Shown here: positions 1 to 12,494 of the stretch, in pieces
Numbering within the stretch: position 1 is the stretch's first letter
Layout of the letters: each line of letters opens with the position of its first letter
Origin: Octopus vulgaris
Lineage: Eukaryota
Assembly: GCA_951406725.2 (NCBI GenBank)
Contig: OX597828.1
Span: 19,902,001 to 19,966,000 of the forward strand
Length of the DNA: 64,000 nucleotides
Direction of reading: 5' to 3'
Position numbers and translations under genes: made by a program
Notes under the pieces: generated by a model
The model's input: only the letters and a program-made list of their open reading frames with translations
Told to the model about the DNA's origin: nothing
Databases searched by the model: none

Positions 1-15
1 GTAGATAGATAGATA

Positions 16-351
16 GGCGCAAGCGTGGCTGTGTGGCAAAAAGCTTGCTTCCCAGTCACATGGTTCCGGGTTCAGTTCTATTGCGTAGCACCTTGGGATG
101 CTGTCTTTTATTATAACATCTGCCCGACAAAGCCTTGTGAGTGGATATGTTTGTGTGTATGTGTTTCTCCCCCCAGCACCACTTGACAACATATTTAGGT
201 GCATTTATGTCCCCGAAACGTAGCGGTTCGGCAAGTAGTATACGTTCTATCTAGGCTTACAAAGAATAAATCCTGGGGTCGATTAGTTCGACTAAATATG
301 GCGCTCCAGCATGACTGCAGTCAGATGACTCGAACAAGTAAAAGAGTAAAA

Positions 352-354
<3 letters not shown>
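16..354 (+). mobile_element. tRNA-derived SINE, family 1 (near full length)
   Basis: Head ggcgcaagcgtggctgtgtgg...ggttccgggttcag (A/B-box-like), internal microsatellite, tail ...aacaagtaaaagagtaaaaga. The same sequence recurs at least 8 times in the window. Confidence 0.85.
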
Positions 355-397
<43 letters not shown>

Positions 398-399
<2 letters not shown>

Positions 400-610
400 C
401 GGGAGGCTTTATGAAAATAAACAAAAGACGAAGGCAGGTGGAAAACAAACGAACAATTGTATTAGTATGGCGCTCAGGAAATATAAGTAAAACAAGTCTT
501 TAACGTTTCGAGCCTACGCTCTTCAACAGAAAGATACACAGAGAGAGAAAAACACAGAAAGAAGGAGAGAAAAAAATGCGTGCAGTAGCTAACGAATCAA
601 CATGGCGATC
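398..610 (-). mobile_element. Short interspersed repeat family A carrying a hammerhead-like motif, inserted in (TA)n
   Basis: Homologous to 14040-14338 (+) and 48838-49010 (-), with partial copies at 24860-24915 and 44890-44970. Flanked by TA repeats. Confidence 0.75.
497..534 (-). ncRNA. Minimal type-I hammerhead-like motif (A6U core variant)
   Basis: Minus strand reads TCTTT-CTGTTGA-A-GAGC(GTAG)GCTC-GAA-ACGT-T-AAAGA: 5-bp stem I, 4-bp stem II, palindromic stem III. Confidence 0.6.
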
Positions 611-648
611 TATATATATATATATATATACATACATACATATATGTA

Positions 649-681
<33 letters not shown>

Positions 682-1625
682 GTATATATATATACATATA
701 TGTATATATATATATACATATATGTATACATATATATATATATATATATATACATATATGTATATATATATACATATATGTATATATATATATATATGCA
801 TACATATACACACACAAACGTACACACACAAACACACACACACACATACACACATAAATGTGTAAATATCTAACTCCATATGTATACGCATATTTAAAGC
901 TAGTTGTCTTTTCTCGTATTGATATAACATATCTAGTGGCAATCCAGGTTAAGTGTGTGTCACTGAATTCATCAATATCCAGGTGAGACACACAAGTAAA
1001 TCTGTACAAATAATCCAAAAGAAAACAAAAAAAAACCTGTGCAAAGTCAATATAATAACGTCGTGAAATATGACTAAGAGAAAATAAATCGACGCTTCAA
1101 ATAATGTTCCTTCGTCAATATAGAACAGGAATAACAAAAATGAAAAGAAACTACAAACACGACTTTTGACGTGAAACGCCATTCGCATGAATAGAAACTC
1201 ATTCTTTGAAACGCATACAAGTAACAGACACAATTACAGACGAGCTGACACAATCATACACAGGGTCTGTAGAATCAAGCATTGGGTATAAATCGCAACC
1301 AAAATTCTAATTATATGAACTTTCAGTTGATATTGGGAAATATATATATAGCTGCCTTCAGACATTTGGTTAGACGTGAATTTATCGCTGAGGAAATTAA
1401 TATCTTTTTCGATTGAGATACTGAGTTTGTATTCCTTTGTTCGGTACTCGACCGTTTGTTTATCTCTCCATCCATCTGTTTGCCTGTCTGTCTGTCTGTC
1501 TGTCTGTCTATCTCTTTACTGTTAGTCTGCCTCTCTCTCTATATACACACACATATACATACACACACGCACACACACATACACAGACACAAACACACAT
1601 ATATATAAATTATATACAAAGACAG

Positions 1626-1676
<51 letters not shown>

Positions 1677-3295
1677 AATTCATATCTATATTTATATATA
1701 TATATCAAATGAAATAAAAAACAGAACACAAAAGATGTTGTGGTACACATTTCATTTGATATATATATCCTCTCACCTCTGCTACTAGCTGGCATATACA
1801 GGTGCTTATACTTATCAAGTATATCTATCTATCTATCTATCTATTTATCTGTCTATCAATAGATATAGATATAGTGAGAAAGAGAGAGAGTGAGAGAATG
1901 AAGAGACATACATATGAGGGTCATAATTTCTCTTTCCTGTCGTTCATAACCCGTAATATGGAAGCGCTTGACCTGGATGTTGGGTTGCTGCAATCAAGAT
2001 CGTGGTATCACTCTTGAGCAAAGCATTCCAGTCCATTCACCTATAAACGAGTTACTCTGCTATGGACTAACGTCGTGTTCGGGGTAATGTTGTGATCTCG
2101 GTCACTTATACACCTTAGAGATCCGGTACCGAGTTCGACTCCTAGGCCCCGAGATGATAATTTTCTTTTACAATTCATATAAGACTTGTTACATTTGCAT
2201 TCACGGCGAATGCTCACAAGAATATTCCGTCAATATTCCTTGCGCTGATAGATACCTATGTATGTATGACATTGTTCCGTTTTATTAAAATTTCTTGCTA
2301 ATCGAGAAAGGACCGGTTTCTAACTTAGATCCAGTTTCAACATGTACATATGTATGAATGTTTGGTAAGGTGACATATACTTTTGACCACATGTAGCTTG
2401 CTGGCGTAATTGTTTCGCTCAAATATTTGAAAATTTTGGGTATTTCTTATCGCAATATTCTTTAAGCCGCTTCGCGTAAGCTGTCGAGGGATCTCCCTTA
2501 GCCTTCCTGTGGAACCGATATTGGTCTCTGTTTAGTTCAACAATCCACTGGAATTTTCATCGATTGCCCCACGATCTGCGATAGCTGACTCCAAATTCTG
2601 TCGTCGTCATGAGGCATGTATAGTAATTTTTCCACGTGGATTTAATTTTAAGCTGTTTGATTACTGCTACGATCCTCAGAAAAGGTCATTTCTTTGCATT
2701 TACTCAAAGAAGATTAATTTCTTTATCTGAACGTCTTAACATATCCAGACTGTCACTTAGACACATTTCCTCACAAAGCTAAGTGCACAAATTATTATTG
2801 GTACAAAAGTAAATTTCTGATCTGAATACAGAAGCTGTAGCTTTCGAAGCAATTTTCTGTAGTTATCATATTTTTGATTTTCAAATTGCTGTTCACATCA
2901 ACAGGACAGCTGACCTCTATGGCAGCACATGATTTTATTGCCCGTTCGAAATATATGAATGTATGTATATATGTATGTATGTATGTATGCATGCAAGTAA
3001 TGACATACTTTTCCTATACCTAGGTAATACTTATTACGGATGCCAACAATAGTACATTGTTTTAATAAAAAGTTATGCTGGCATTATTGAAGTATCTTAA
3101 TAACGGTTTTGTACAGATGTTGATCATATGCTACGAGAAAATGAAATGTCTGTATGCCTATATATGTATCCGTAAATATATGTTTCTCTTTGCATGTATA
3201 TATAGATAACTATATATTTATATGTGCGCACACACACACACATACACATACACACGCACACATACACATACACACACAAACATATATATCTACAT

Positions 3296-3667
3296 ACTCT
3301 TTTACTATTTTACTGGTTTAAGTCATTTGACTGCGGCCATGCCGGAGCACCGCCTTTAGTCGAGAAATCGACCCCAAAGACTAGTACTTATTCTATCGGT
3401 GTCTTTTGCTGAACCGCTAAGGTACGGGGACATAAAGACACCAGCACCGGTTGTCAAGTGATGTTAGGGGAACATACACAAACACACACACACACAAACA
3501 TACATGATGGGCTTCTTTCAGTTTCCGTCTACCAAATTCACTCACAAGACTTTAGTCGGCCCGAGGCTATAACAGAAGATACTTGCATAAGGTGCCACGC
3601 AGTGGGACTGAACCCATAACCATGTGGTTGGTAAGCAAGCTACTTACCACACAGCCACTCCTGCGCC
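3296..3667 (-). mobile_element. tRNA-derived SINE, family 1
   Basis: Reverse complement of the 16-354 element; ends ...accacacagccactcctgcgcc. Confidence 0.88.
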
Positions 3668-4354
3668 TGTTAAATGTTATTCTTATATATGACGTGTATA
3701 GAAAAGCAGTTATGCATATGTGTGTGAATGTGTGTATAACGTTTATATTTACACACAAACATACACATACACTTATATACGCATACATACATGCACACAT
3801 ACATACATACACGCACACATGTATGCATATATGTGTGTGTGTTTGTGTGTATGTGTATGTATGTAAAATTGCTTTTAATATTCCAGGTATTTACAGTAAA
3901 AAGAAAACGGATTTTTAAATATATTTTTATAGTTTCATATTAGAAGTCTTATAGAATTTCGATTTTGGCATTGTGTAAAATTTTGAACTTTGAAGACAAG
4001 AACGCACAAATTAATAACATCCATAATCCCAGATTTTCTTTATATTTTATTTGAAATCTGCCGTAGTTGTATATAAAATTGCATATTTAAATCTACAAAA
4101 TAATGAATTTTCAATGAAAAAATTAACTTAAATCTGTTAGTTGTCAAGTCGTTTTACGTATCTAAGCTGAAGCCAGTATGTTACATCTACTTTATTACAT
4201 GCATGAAAAGCAATTTACTAGAAACATTCAACACTTTTTAATTAAAAATATTGATTCTTTTTTTATTGTACCAGATGTACATTTGGTGAGTGCATATGTA
4301 CGAGGTGATCGAGTTGAAACTGCATGGAGGTATTTAATGTATGATTTTATGAAA

Positions 4355-4517
4355 GAGTGGCTGTGTGGTAAAAAGTTCGTTCCCAAAGCTACATGGTTCA
4401 GAGTGTTTGGTTTCACATTGCAGCATCTTAGACAAGTGATTTCTACTATGACACCGGGCCAACCAAAAAGCCCTCGTGAAGGGATTTGGTTGACGGGAAC
4501 TGAAAGAAGCCCGTCGT
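4355..4517 (+). mobile_element. SINE family 1, 5' half
   Basis: gagtggctgtgtggtaa...ctgaaagaagcccgtcgt matches the family 1 head. Confidence 0.75.
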
Positions 4518-4824
4518 GCATACAGTTTGTTAATAAATTATCTTTACAACTATCTGTCAATATATCATTGCATTGTATCGCCTCGATATGTGGCCTGCAA
4601 CCAATGCAGTACGAGCGGAAATGTTCCGATATTTCCACTAAAACTTTAATTGTTCGCCAACTAATTCTGCTGACTTATGTTTATATTTAAGTTTATTTCT
4701 GAACTCTTGAAATTGTAATGGTAACTTATACATACATACATACGTACATACGTACATACATACATACATACATACACACATACATACATATATATATATA
4801 TACATGTATGTATGTATTTATACG

Positions 4825-4885
<61 letters not shown>

Positions 4886-5178
4886 GTATATATAATTATT
4901 ATAATAAATGATTATTTGCAAACAAGTTGCTTAAACCACATACCGAAAATATTAGAAATAGCAGCCAAATAGGTTACCATTACTATTACTACAAAAATAG
5001 GTCTCCACAAACAACAGTATTTGTAACCCGGTATGTGGTTTAAGCCACTTGTTTTCAAATAACCCTTTATTATAATAATAACATAACTTTTACCAAATAT
5101 GGTCCTTTTACCGAATATGGTCCATATTCCACTTGGTGAAATTTATTGATTTTATTAAATTAATTATATTTCACCCTT

Positions 5179-5273
<95 letters not shown>

Positions 5274-5350
5274 GTATATAATTATAATTTTCTTTCGAAC
5301 AACTCAGCGTAGAAGTGCTGAAGTGGAAAATAGAGGCGCTAGACAAGTAT

Positions 5351-5709
5351 ATTAGATACAATAGAAAAGGTTCAAATCAGACAGACTACGATTAATACAT
5401 ACATATACGGGTTTAGTTAGGATGAATTGAGAACTGTCCAAACTGATACATATGGATATATTAGAAATGCACAAATACAGAAATATGAAAGTATATGAAT
5501 ACTAAAAATATACATGGGCATATAGATATATAGATGTGTAAACGTAATTATAATAGTGCATTCTGTTTTATCTTTCTATATTTATTATATTTCTAATATA
5601 TCAACGTATGTTTCAGATTGGACAATTCTTATTTTTATCCTAACTAAACCCTATATGTATGTGTTAGTCGTAGTCTGCCTGACTTGAATCTTTTTCTGTT
5701 GTATCTATT
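5351..5709. repeat. Diverged inverted repeat (~120-bp arms, 5351-5468 / 5589-5709)
   Basis: tagatacaatagaaaaggttcaaatcagacagactacga...tatattagaaat is the reverse complement of atttctaatata...tcgtagtctgcctgacttgaatctttttctgttgtatcta. Confidence 0.75.
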
Positions 5710-5772
<63 letters not shown>

Positions 5773-5945
5773 TATATACATGCATATATATACATATTCA
5801 TATATACATATATATATATATATATATACATATAGATATACATACATACATACATACATACATACATACATGCATGCATACATACATATATATATATATA
5901 TATATACATAATTCATATATATATATATTGTTATGAAATTATAAA

Positions 5946-5978
5946 TGGTGGTGATGCCGGGTATCGAGCCCCGGTCCT
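5946..5978 (-). other. tRNA-Ala-like 3' fragment including CCA (PBS-like sequence or retro-copied tRNA fragment)
   Basis: Minus strand AGGACCGGGGCTCGATACCCGGCATCACCACCA resembles the metazoan tRNA-Ala 3' end (AGGTACCGGGATCGATACCCGGCATCTCCA+CCA, from recall). No 5' half is present. Confidence 0.55.
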
Positions 5979-6584
5979 ATAATGATGTTTGACAATAAAC
6001 TAAACGGGAACAAACCGTTTTCATGTTGCACTGTACGGGTGAAGTCCATTGTGGAATTAATTATTAGCCGCAGAAGCTATAAGGAATTGGCTACTCCGTG
6101 GTGAAACTTTATAGACATAATTCTCCACCCCGCGCGAGTGAGTGGCGTGGTGTAATGTGATGTGGGGTGTGTGGGAATGTGGGGGTGGGGATGCGGGGTG
6201 CGGATGTGTGTGTGATGTAGGAATGTGGGTGTGAGGTAGTGTTGGGGTGTGTGGATGTGGGGTGTGGGTGGAGGAGGTATCAATGAAGAGAGAAGGTGGA
6301 TAGGAGTGAAGCGAGGAAGTAGGTTTCACAGGAAGAGAGGAGAGGTGGATAGAAGTGAAGAAAGAAAGTAGGAGAGAGGGGAGTTACATAAAGAGAGGAG
6401 GGGAATTGAGCCCATGTGGCGCAAAGGAGCGAAGAGAGAAGATTAAATTCCTGTTCACAGTGAAGGCAGCAGTCAGGATGGCTCCTGTGCAAAGAAACCA
6501 GAACACAGAAGGGGGTAGAGACTGGCTAGTTAACTTTCACTTTTACCTGCTCTTGATTGTTGTACGATTCAGTAATAATTTACT

Positions 6585-6785
6585 GGTTTCAAATTTTAGC
6601 ACATGGCCAGCGATTTCAGTGAAGCGGGTAAGTCGACTTTATCTGCTCCAATGTTCGATTATATTGACCCCGAAAGTATGAAACGCAAAGTGGGCTCTGG
6701 TGGAATTTGAACTCAGGATGTGAAAACGAATGAAATGCCGCTTTGCATTTTGGCCGGAGCGCTACCAATTCTGCCAGCGCGCTGC
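6585..6785 (-). mobile_element. SINE family 2, degraded
   Basis: gaccccgaaag...ggaatttgaactcag...ttctgccagc matches the reverse complement of 33217-33447. Confidence 0.7.
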
Positions 6786-7214
6786 ATTTCTTCATTTCAA
6801 ATTTTGGCCCAAGCTGGTCATTCTTGCCTTGTGATTTACTAATAACTTATTGATGCTTGTCATACGTTTTCGTATTGTGTCACATCCCCAGAAGACAGCA
6901 ATTAATTACAGTAACCTTTTGATCAGTTTAATTAGTTTAATTATCTGTCCTAAGCAGATGTGATACTTAGAATTCCTTTACCATAAATGCGTAATAAACG
7001 CCACCATACTATTAATGACACTTATGTAAAGATAGAAAGAATTGAATTAGATTGGTTTATTTCCATTACCATTTAATCATCGTATTTTTCTTCTCTGTGG
7101 TCATTATAGCCTATGTATATATACACCTGCAACTTGTGAATGTACATACATAACTATGAAAGCATTCTTGTGAATCTCTGTATGGGAATGTAACAGTGTA
7201 AGAAAATATAGTGA

Positions 7215-7424
7215 TTTCAAATGCTGGCACAAGGTCTGCAATTACAACGGAGTAGCAACGTCTATTAAACTGACCCCAGTACGCAACTAGTACTTATTTT
7301 ATCGACTCCGAAAGCCTGAGGGGCAAAGTGGACCTCGGCGGAATCTGAACTTAGAACGCAAAGGCAAACTAAGTGACGCTAAGCACTTTGCTCGGCGTGC
7401 TAACGATTCTACCCGCTCACCGCC
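7215..7424 (-). mobile_element. SINE family 2
   Basis: gacctcggcggaatctgaacttagaacg...cgtgctaacgattct...cgcc matches the family 2 head in reverse. Confidence 0.78.
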
Positions 7425-7496
7425 TTGAACAATGAAATTTATTATAGCTTATTGTCGTTGTCCTTTCTTGCAAAGATAAATATATGAAAAATTGTC

Positions 7497-7650
7497 GACG
7501 CAGGCGAGGTTGCGTAGTGAGAAGTTTACTTTCCAACCACATGGTTACTGGTTCAGCCCCACTGGGCGAGAAGTATTGTCTAATATTACTCCAGACCGAT
7601 TAAAGCCTTCTGGGTGGATTTGGTAGAGGAAACTGAAAGAAGCCCGTCGT
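7497..7650 (+). mobile_element. SINE family 1, 5' half
   Basis: ccaaccacatggtt...ggatttggtagaggaaactgaaagaagcccgtcgt. Confidence 0.75.
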
Positions 7651-7960
7651 ATATATATGATAAATACATATTATGAATGAGAAAAGGGGGAAAGTGGAGA
7701 AATTGACATATATACATCAGTTTATTTAAAGATCTCCAAAATCAATATAAAATGAAATTCTTATCCCTACAGCCATTTCCATAGCCAAGTAATTCAAGAG
7801 AAATTAAATAAAATTAGATTAATATAAAATTTTCATATTGAAACTGGTTAACTGAGTATTTCATCTGGGAAGAATTTACAAGGAAGGAGTCACACTCCAA
7901 CGTTTTTGTTAAACCTTGACAGAGTCAGTTGTGTACCTTTTGGCAATGTATGCATTATGA

Positions 7961-8014
<54 letters not shown>

Positions 8015-8024
8015 CTTTATATAT

Positions 8025-8324
8025 GTTGTTTGTTCCTTCTCGAGCCACGCCTGGCTCATAAGGGCCGTTTTCCCGATTTCCTTGGCGTTTGGTTCCCCAC
8101 CTGGACGGGACGCCGGTCCGTCGCAGGTGAGCTGCAAGATACAGGAGGAAAGAGTGAGAGAATATTGTGGCGAAAGAGTCAGCAGAAGTTCGCCATTACC
8201 TTCTGCCGGAGCCGCATTGAGCTTAGGTGTTTCGCTCATAAACACACACATTGCCCTGTCTGAGATTCGAACCCGGGATCTCACGACCGCGAGTCCGTTG
8301 CTATACCCACTAGGTGATGTGCCT
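8025..8324 (-). mobile_element. tRNA-derived SINE, family 3 (V-domain-like core)
   Basis: Reverse tRNA head (gagattcgaacccggg). Core ctggacgggacgccggtccgtcgcagg is the reverse of the V-SINE-like cctgcgatggactggcgtcccgtcc. Homologous to 14358-14652. Confidence 0.8.
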
Positions 8325-9329
8325 ACATACACACACACACACACACATATAAACAAGTATGTTTGAAATGGTTGTGCACGTGCGTTTGTAATACATAATG
8401 GTTGTTATTGGTAGTGGTGCTGCAGTTAGGGTGAACTAGGTGCGAGAGAGAGAGAGAGAGAGAGAGAGACTGAAAGGAGAGATAGACAGATAGTGAGAGA
8501 GAGAGAGAGGAGAGAGCGCGGTAACTTTCATCATGTAACTGAGCGCGCGTTTGATAAAGTATCGGAGACAACGAAAAATATGACGTATTAAAATCTGCTT
8601 CTCAATTACCATATTCGAGTATTGCGTCATCCATATCAGTGCGCAATAGTCATACTCACTACGAACTATGTAAACAAAAGAAAACCTAAACGTTACCAAA
8701 TCCAATTGATAGAAATTTTATATAAAAACCTAAATTACTAAAGCTACGACCACTACAAAATCAATATGTTTTATCTTTAACTTAGTTTAATGAATTATAA
8801 AATATCAACGACATATTCATAAGAAACGTGCTTAATTACATCTATAGAAACAACACTTTATACGGCTACTTGTGCAGCAGACCTAATATACATGTTTTCT
8901 ATTAAATTAATATGTTTATATAAATATTATATCTGCCAAGCATTCTTTAATCCTGATATTTACAGATGTTAGCGTAATAAAAGGTGAAGTATCAACAGAG
9001 TCAAAGTTCTTGTAGCTTTAATATATAATTAATTATTTATAATAGTAATATAACTAATGACAGTTTTTGAATACCCGTAAACGTGTGTGAATACATGAAA
9101 AGATCAGTCTCCTTCCCCGTAATTAAGATAAAATATTAATATCTTAATATAATATTTAATATTTCTACGATATCCACTAAGAATTCTTAATTTTTATAGT
9201 TACAGATGTTAATGTATTAAACATGAAATACCGACCTATTCAAAGTACTAGTAGCCTTAACATATTATTAATTTATTTATGATGATAATATATCTAATGT
9301 TACTTTTTGAAAGCCCTTTTACATGCGTT

Positions 9330-10110
9330 AATACATGCGTGAACACATGAAAAACCGGTTTCGATCCTAGTATTTAAGAGGCGCCGCCTGGAATATAGGA
9401 TTTGGTATAATTCTTTGAGGTAGAGAGGGTAGAGGGAATTTCCAACCTTATAAGCAGCAGCCTTGCTTACAATCACCCACTTCACACAAAAAATTTTTTC
9501 TTGTCTTTAAAGTCCCTAATAAATTTACTAAGTCTGGTACAAGAGGAGCTGTTCTTATTAAAGGTGTAAATGTGATTAGAGATGCGTTTCTTGATAAAAT
9601 TTTTCTTCAGATTTCACTTAACATCTCTAAACAATATTTTTTTGCTTACAATAATTCTAAAATAAACATTTACTTCTAACCTTGCAATCACAAAATATAC
9701 TTTCATTACTACACATATTAGTATTCTGTTTTATATCATTCCATTTACTATGATTGCTATTTACCAAGTTAACTATATTCTAGAAGTTGAGGTGGGATAT
9801 AACTTGGGGTGTTTCCTTTTGTACATTAGACGACTCAAGTACACATTTCTTACTAACATTTATTCCAGGAGCATTGCTATTGTTGTATTTAAAAATTGTT
9901 ATGAAATTAGATAATTTTCTTTCGTTAATTGAAGATATAATTTGGGACAAATTATTTGATACAGAAAAGGCAACTTTAACAAACCTAGGGTTAATAAAGT
10001 AATATCTATTTTCCTTCGTAAAGTGTTTAGAAAAAGTTTGTATGAGGCCCCAAACAAATTATTCTTAATTTGTTTAGTGAATGGAATTATAAACCAAATA
10101 ATGTCGTTCT
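9330..10110 (-). mobile_element. Degraded Penelope-like element (linker plus GIY-YIG C-terminal region)
   Basis: Minus-strand translation across frameshifts gives DIIWFIIPF, KHFTKENRYYFINPRFVKVAFSVSNNLSQIISSIN, NHIYTF..TRLSKFI and KWVIVSKAAAYKVG..LYLKE..LLNTR. These match the PLE motifs IIWFNPPF / KHF..IFN..VK.SYS and the GIY-YIG tail. Confidence 0.7.
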
Positions 10111-10377
10111 TATCAGGAGATGCATTATAATTTTCAAATTTTCAAACCTTATTAAATATATAAGGGGATTGTTTTTTTATTCTATTATTCATATACCTAA
10201 TCATATGAGGACAAAGTAATTCATTGGTTTATTCAGGAAAAGATACCGATTCGATAAGTACGATGCTAAAAAGTACTGGGGTCGATTCGTTCGACCAAAT
10301 TTCTCTAAGGTAGGAGCCCGTCATGCCCCGCAGTCCAATAACTGAAACGAGCAAAATATTATATATATATATGAATT

Positions 10378-10880
10378 CGTCTGAACAACCACAGATCTTC
10401 CTTCAGGGTCCCGGAGAGACGCAACACAACGACACTCGCAGAATATGTATGGCGCCTAAAGGACGATCGTACACCCTTTAGCATCAGGTGAAATTACTAG
10501 AGGCTTGTGGACCCTATCGCAATGGAACAAGACTATGTAAATTGTGTATGGTAGAAAAATATATAATCTTTATGAACTCGCATGATCCAGGAGGCTACTT
10601 GAACTCCAGGACAAAAGCTGTGGGGAGTTGTCTACATTTTCGGAAACTTTTACTTCAAAATTGGGAAACCTGGCTATCAAGCGAAGGAAGACAACTCGTC
10701 CGGCCATATTTTTTTCAGAGAGAAATATTTATACAACTATCACCGGCTTTCTTACGTTTTTAAAAATCATTCTTTGCAGAGAACAGTTATCGTTTAGCGA
10801 AACTGAGATATATCTAGTTCGCGCTAGATATGAAACCAATGGTCTATTTCTAAAACTCTTACTTTACACATACAAGTTTA
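10378..10880 (+). mobile_element. Penelope-like element 3' fragment (GIY-YIG endonuclease C-terminus plus 3' pseudo-LTR)
   Basis: RLNNHRSSFR..RRNTTTLAEYVWRLKD..FSIR, then a 1-nt frameshift into KLLEACGPYRNGTRLCKLCMVEKYII..LNSRTK..SCLH, typical of the PLE endonuclease C-terminus. Confidence 0.82.
10775..10823 (+). ncRNA. Hammerhead-like motif with G3:C8 core, downstream of the Penelope ORF
   Basis: TGCA-GAGAACA-GTTA(TCGTT)TAGC-GAA-ACT(G)AGAT(AT)ATCTAGT-T-CGCG. Stem I is imperfect and position 4 is A. Confidence 0.45.
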
Positions 10881-11053
10881 TATATATATATAATCCTGAC
10901 AGATATCAATAAAGCACTTAGTATTAAATTTGATGCCAGTAAATGTAAGTAGGATACATATCTCAGACAAATCCTCTTGCATGTCAGATTAATCCACATA
11001 TCATTTTGGAGAATTTCGTGAAATTCAGAGTATTTAATAGCAAAAAGTAGAAT

Positions 11054-11262
11054 TCTTTTATTATTGTATTTCTTTCAGTAATTTGACTGCGGCCATGCTG
11101 GAGCACCGTCTTTAGTCGAACAAATCGCGCCCAGCACTTATTCTTTGTAAGCCTAGTACTTATTCTATCGGTCACTTCTGCCGAACCGATAGGTTATGGG
11201 GACGTAAACACACCAACATCGGTTGTCAAGCGATATTAGGGGAACAAAGACAGACATACAAA
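11054..11262 (-). mobile_element. SINE family 1, 3' half
   Basis: tttgactgcggccatgctggagcacc...ccgaaccg...ggttgtcaagcg. Confidence 0.8.
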
Positions 11263-11740
11263 CAAATACTGGGGTTGATCTAATTGACTGGCCCCACCTC
11301 CCAAAAAAGATTTCCGGCTTTGTGTCTAGAGTGGAAAAGAATATCAGTCGTTCGATTCCTTGTTTCGGCTATTCTGTTCTTAGGTACCCGTGGTAGAGAT
11401 AGGCTAAGCACTATGATAAGTTACATTCGCTTATACTTTTAAATAAATTACATAAATTACATTGACTTACACTTTATTTTACGGCCCCGCAAAGGAATGA
11501 AATGCAAAGTCAACCTTTCCGGGATTTGAACTCAAATCGTAAAGGAATTGATCGCACGGTCAAAAATATAACTGAAGAATAACTGAAAATAGATGAATGA
11601 ATTATCTAAGAAGGCATAAGTACCAAATTCATAGTGTGTGTGTGTGCGTGTGTGTACATGTATATATGTATGTATGCGTATCTATCTATCTATCTATCTA
11701 TCTATATGTGTGTATATATATATATATATTTATAGACACA

Positions 11741-11854
<114 letters not shown>

Positions 11855-12189
11855 GATATATAGATATATATATATATATATGATTTAGCATACAAAATAG
11901 ATAACAGAGACAAAGCGCATAGCGAGTAATGTATGATAAACCCACAGAAAATCAATTGAATCAATAAAATTTATCAAAAAGTAGTTAAAAGGTGAAGAAT
12001 GTGATTTGGAATTTAGACGTACGTATCTATAATATAAAACAAAGAAACGGTGTTAAGAGACTATATAAAGGAGGGAAGGAAGTGTGGAAATAATGCATTG
12101 AGAAACCAGTGAATTTTAGAATAAATGGATCAGTAACAGGTTATCGTGAAGTACTAAAGAATGAGTGGAACTAAATTTTATCTATAAAG

Positions 12190-12413
<224 letters not shown>

Positions 12414-12494
12414 CAAGATTAAAGATATATATATATCATATTGATTTCAAATTTTGGCAGAAGTCCAATACACAAACACACACACATATAATTG

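Noticed and set aside
4178-4690. 170-aa and 136-aa overlapping ORFs
   Set aside because: The centre is a SINE family 1 fragment, and no protein motif is present.
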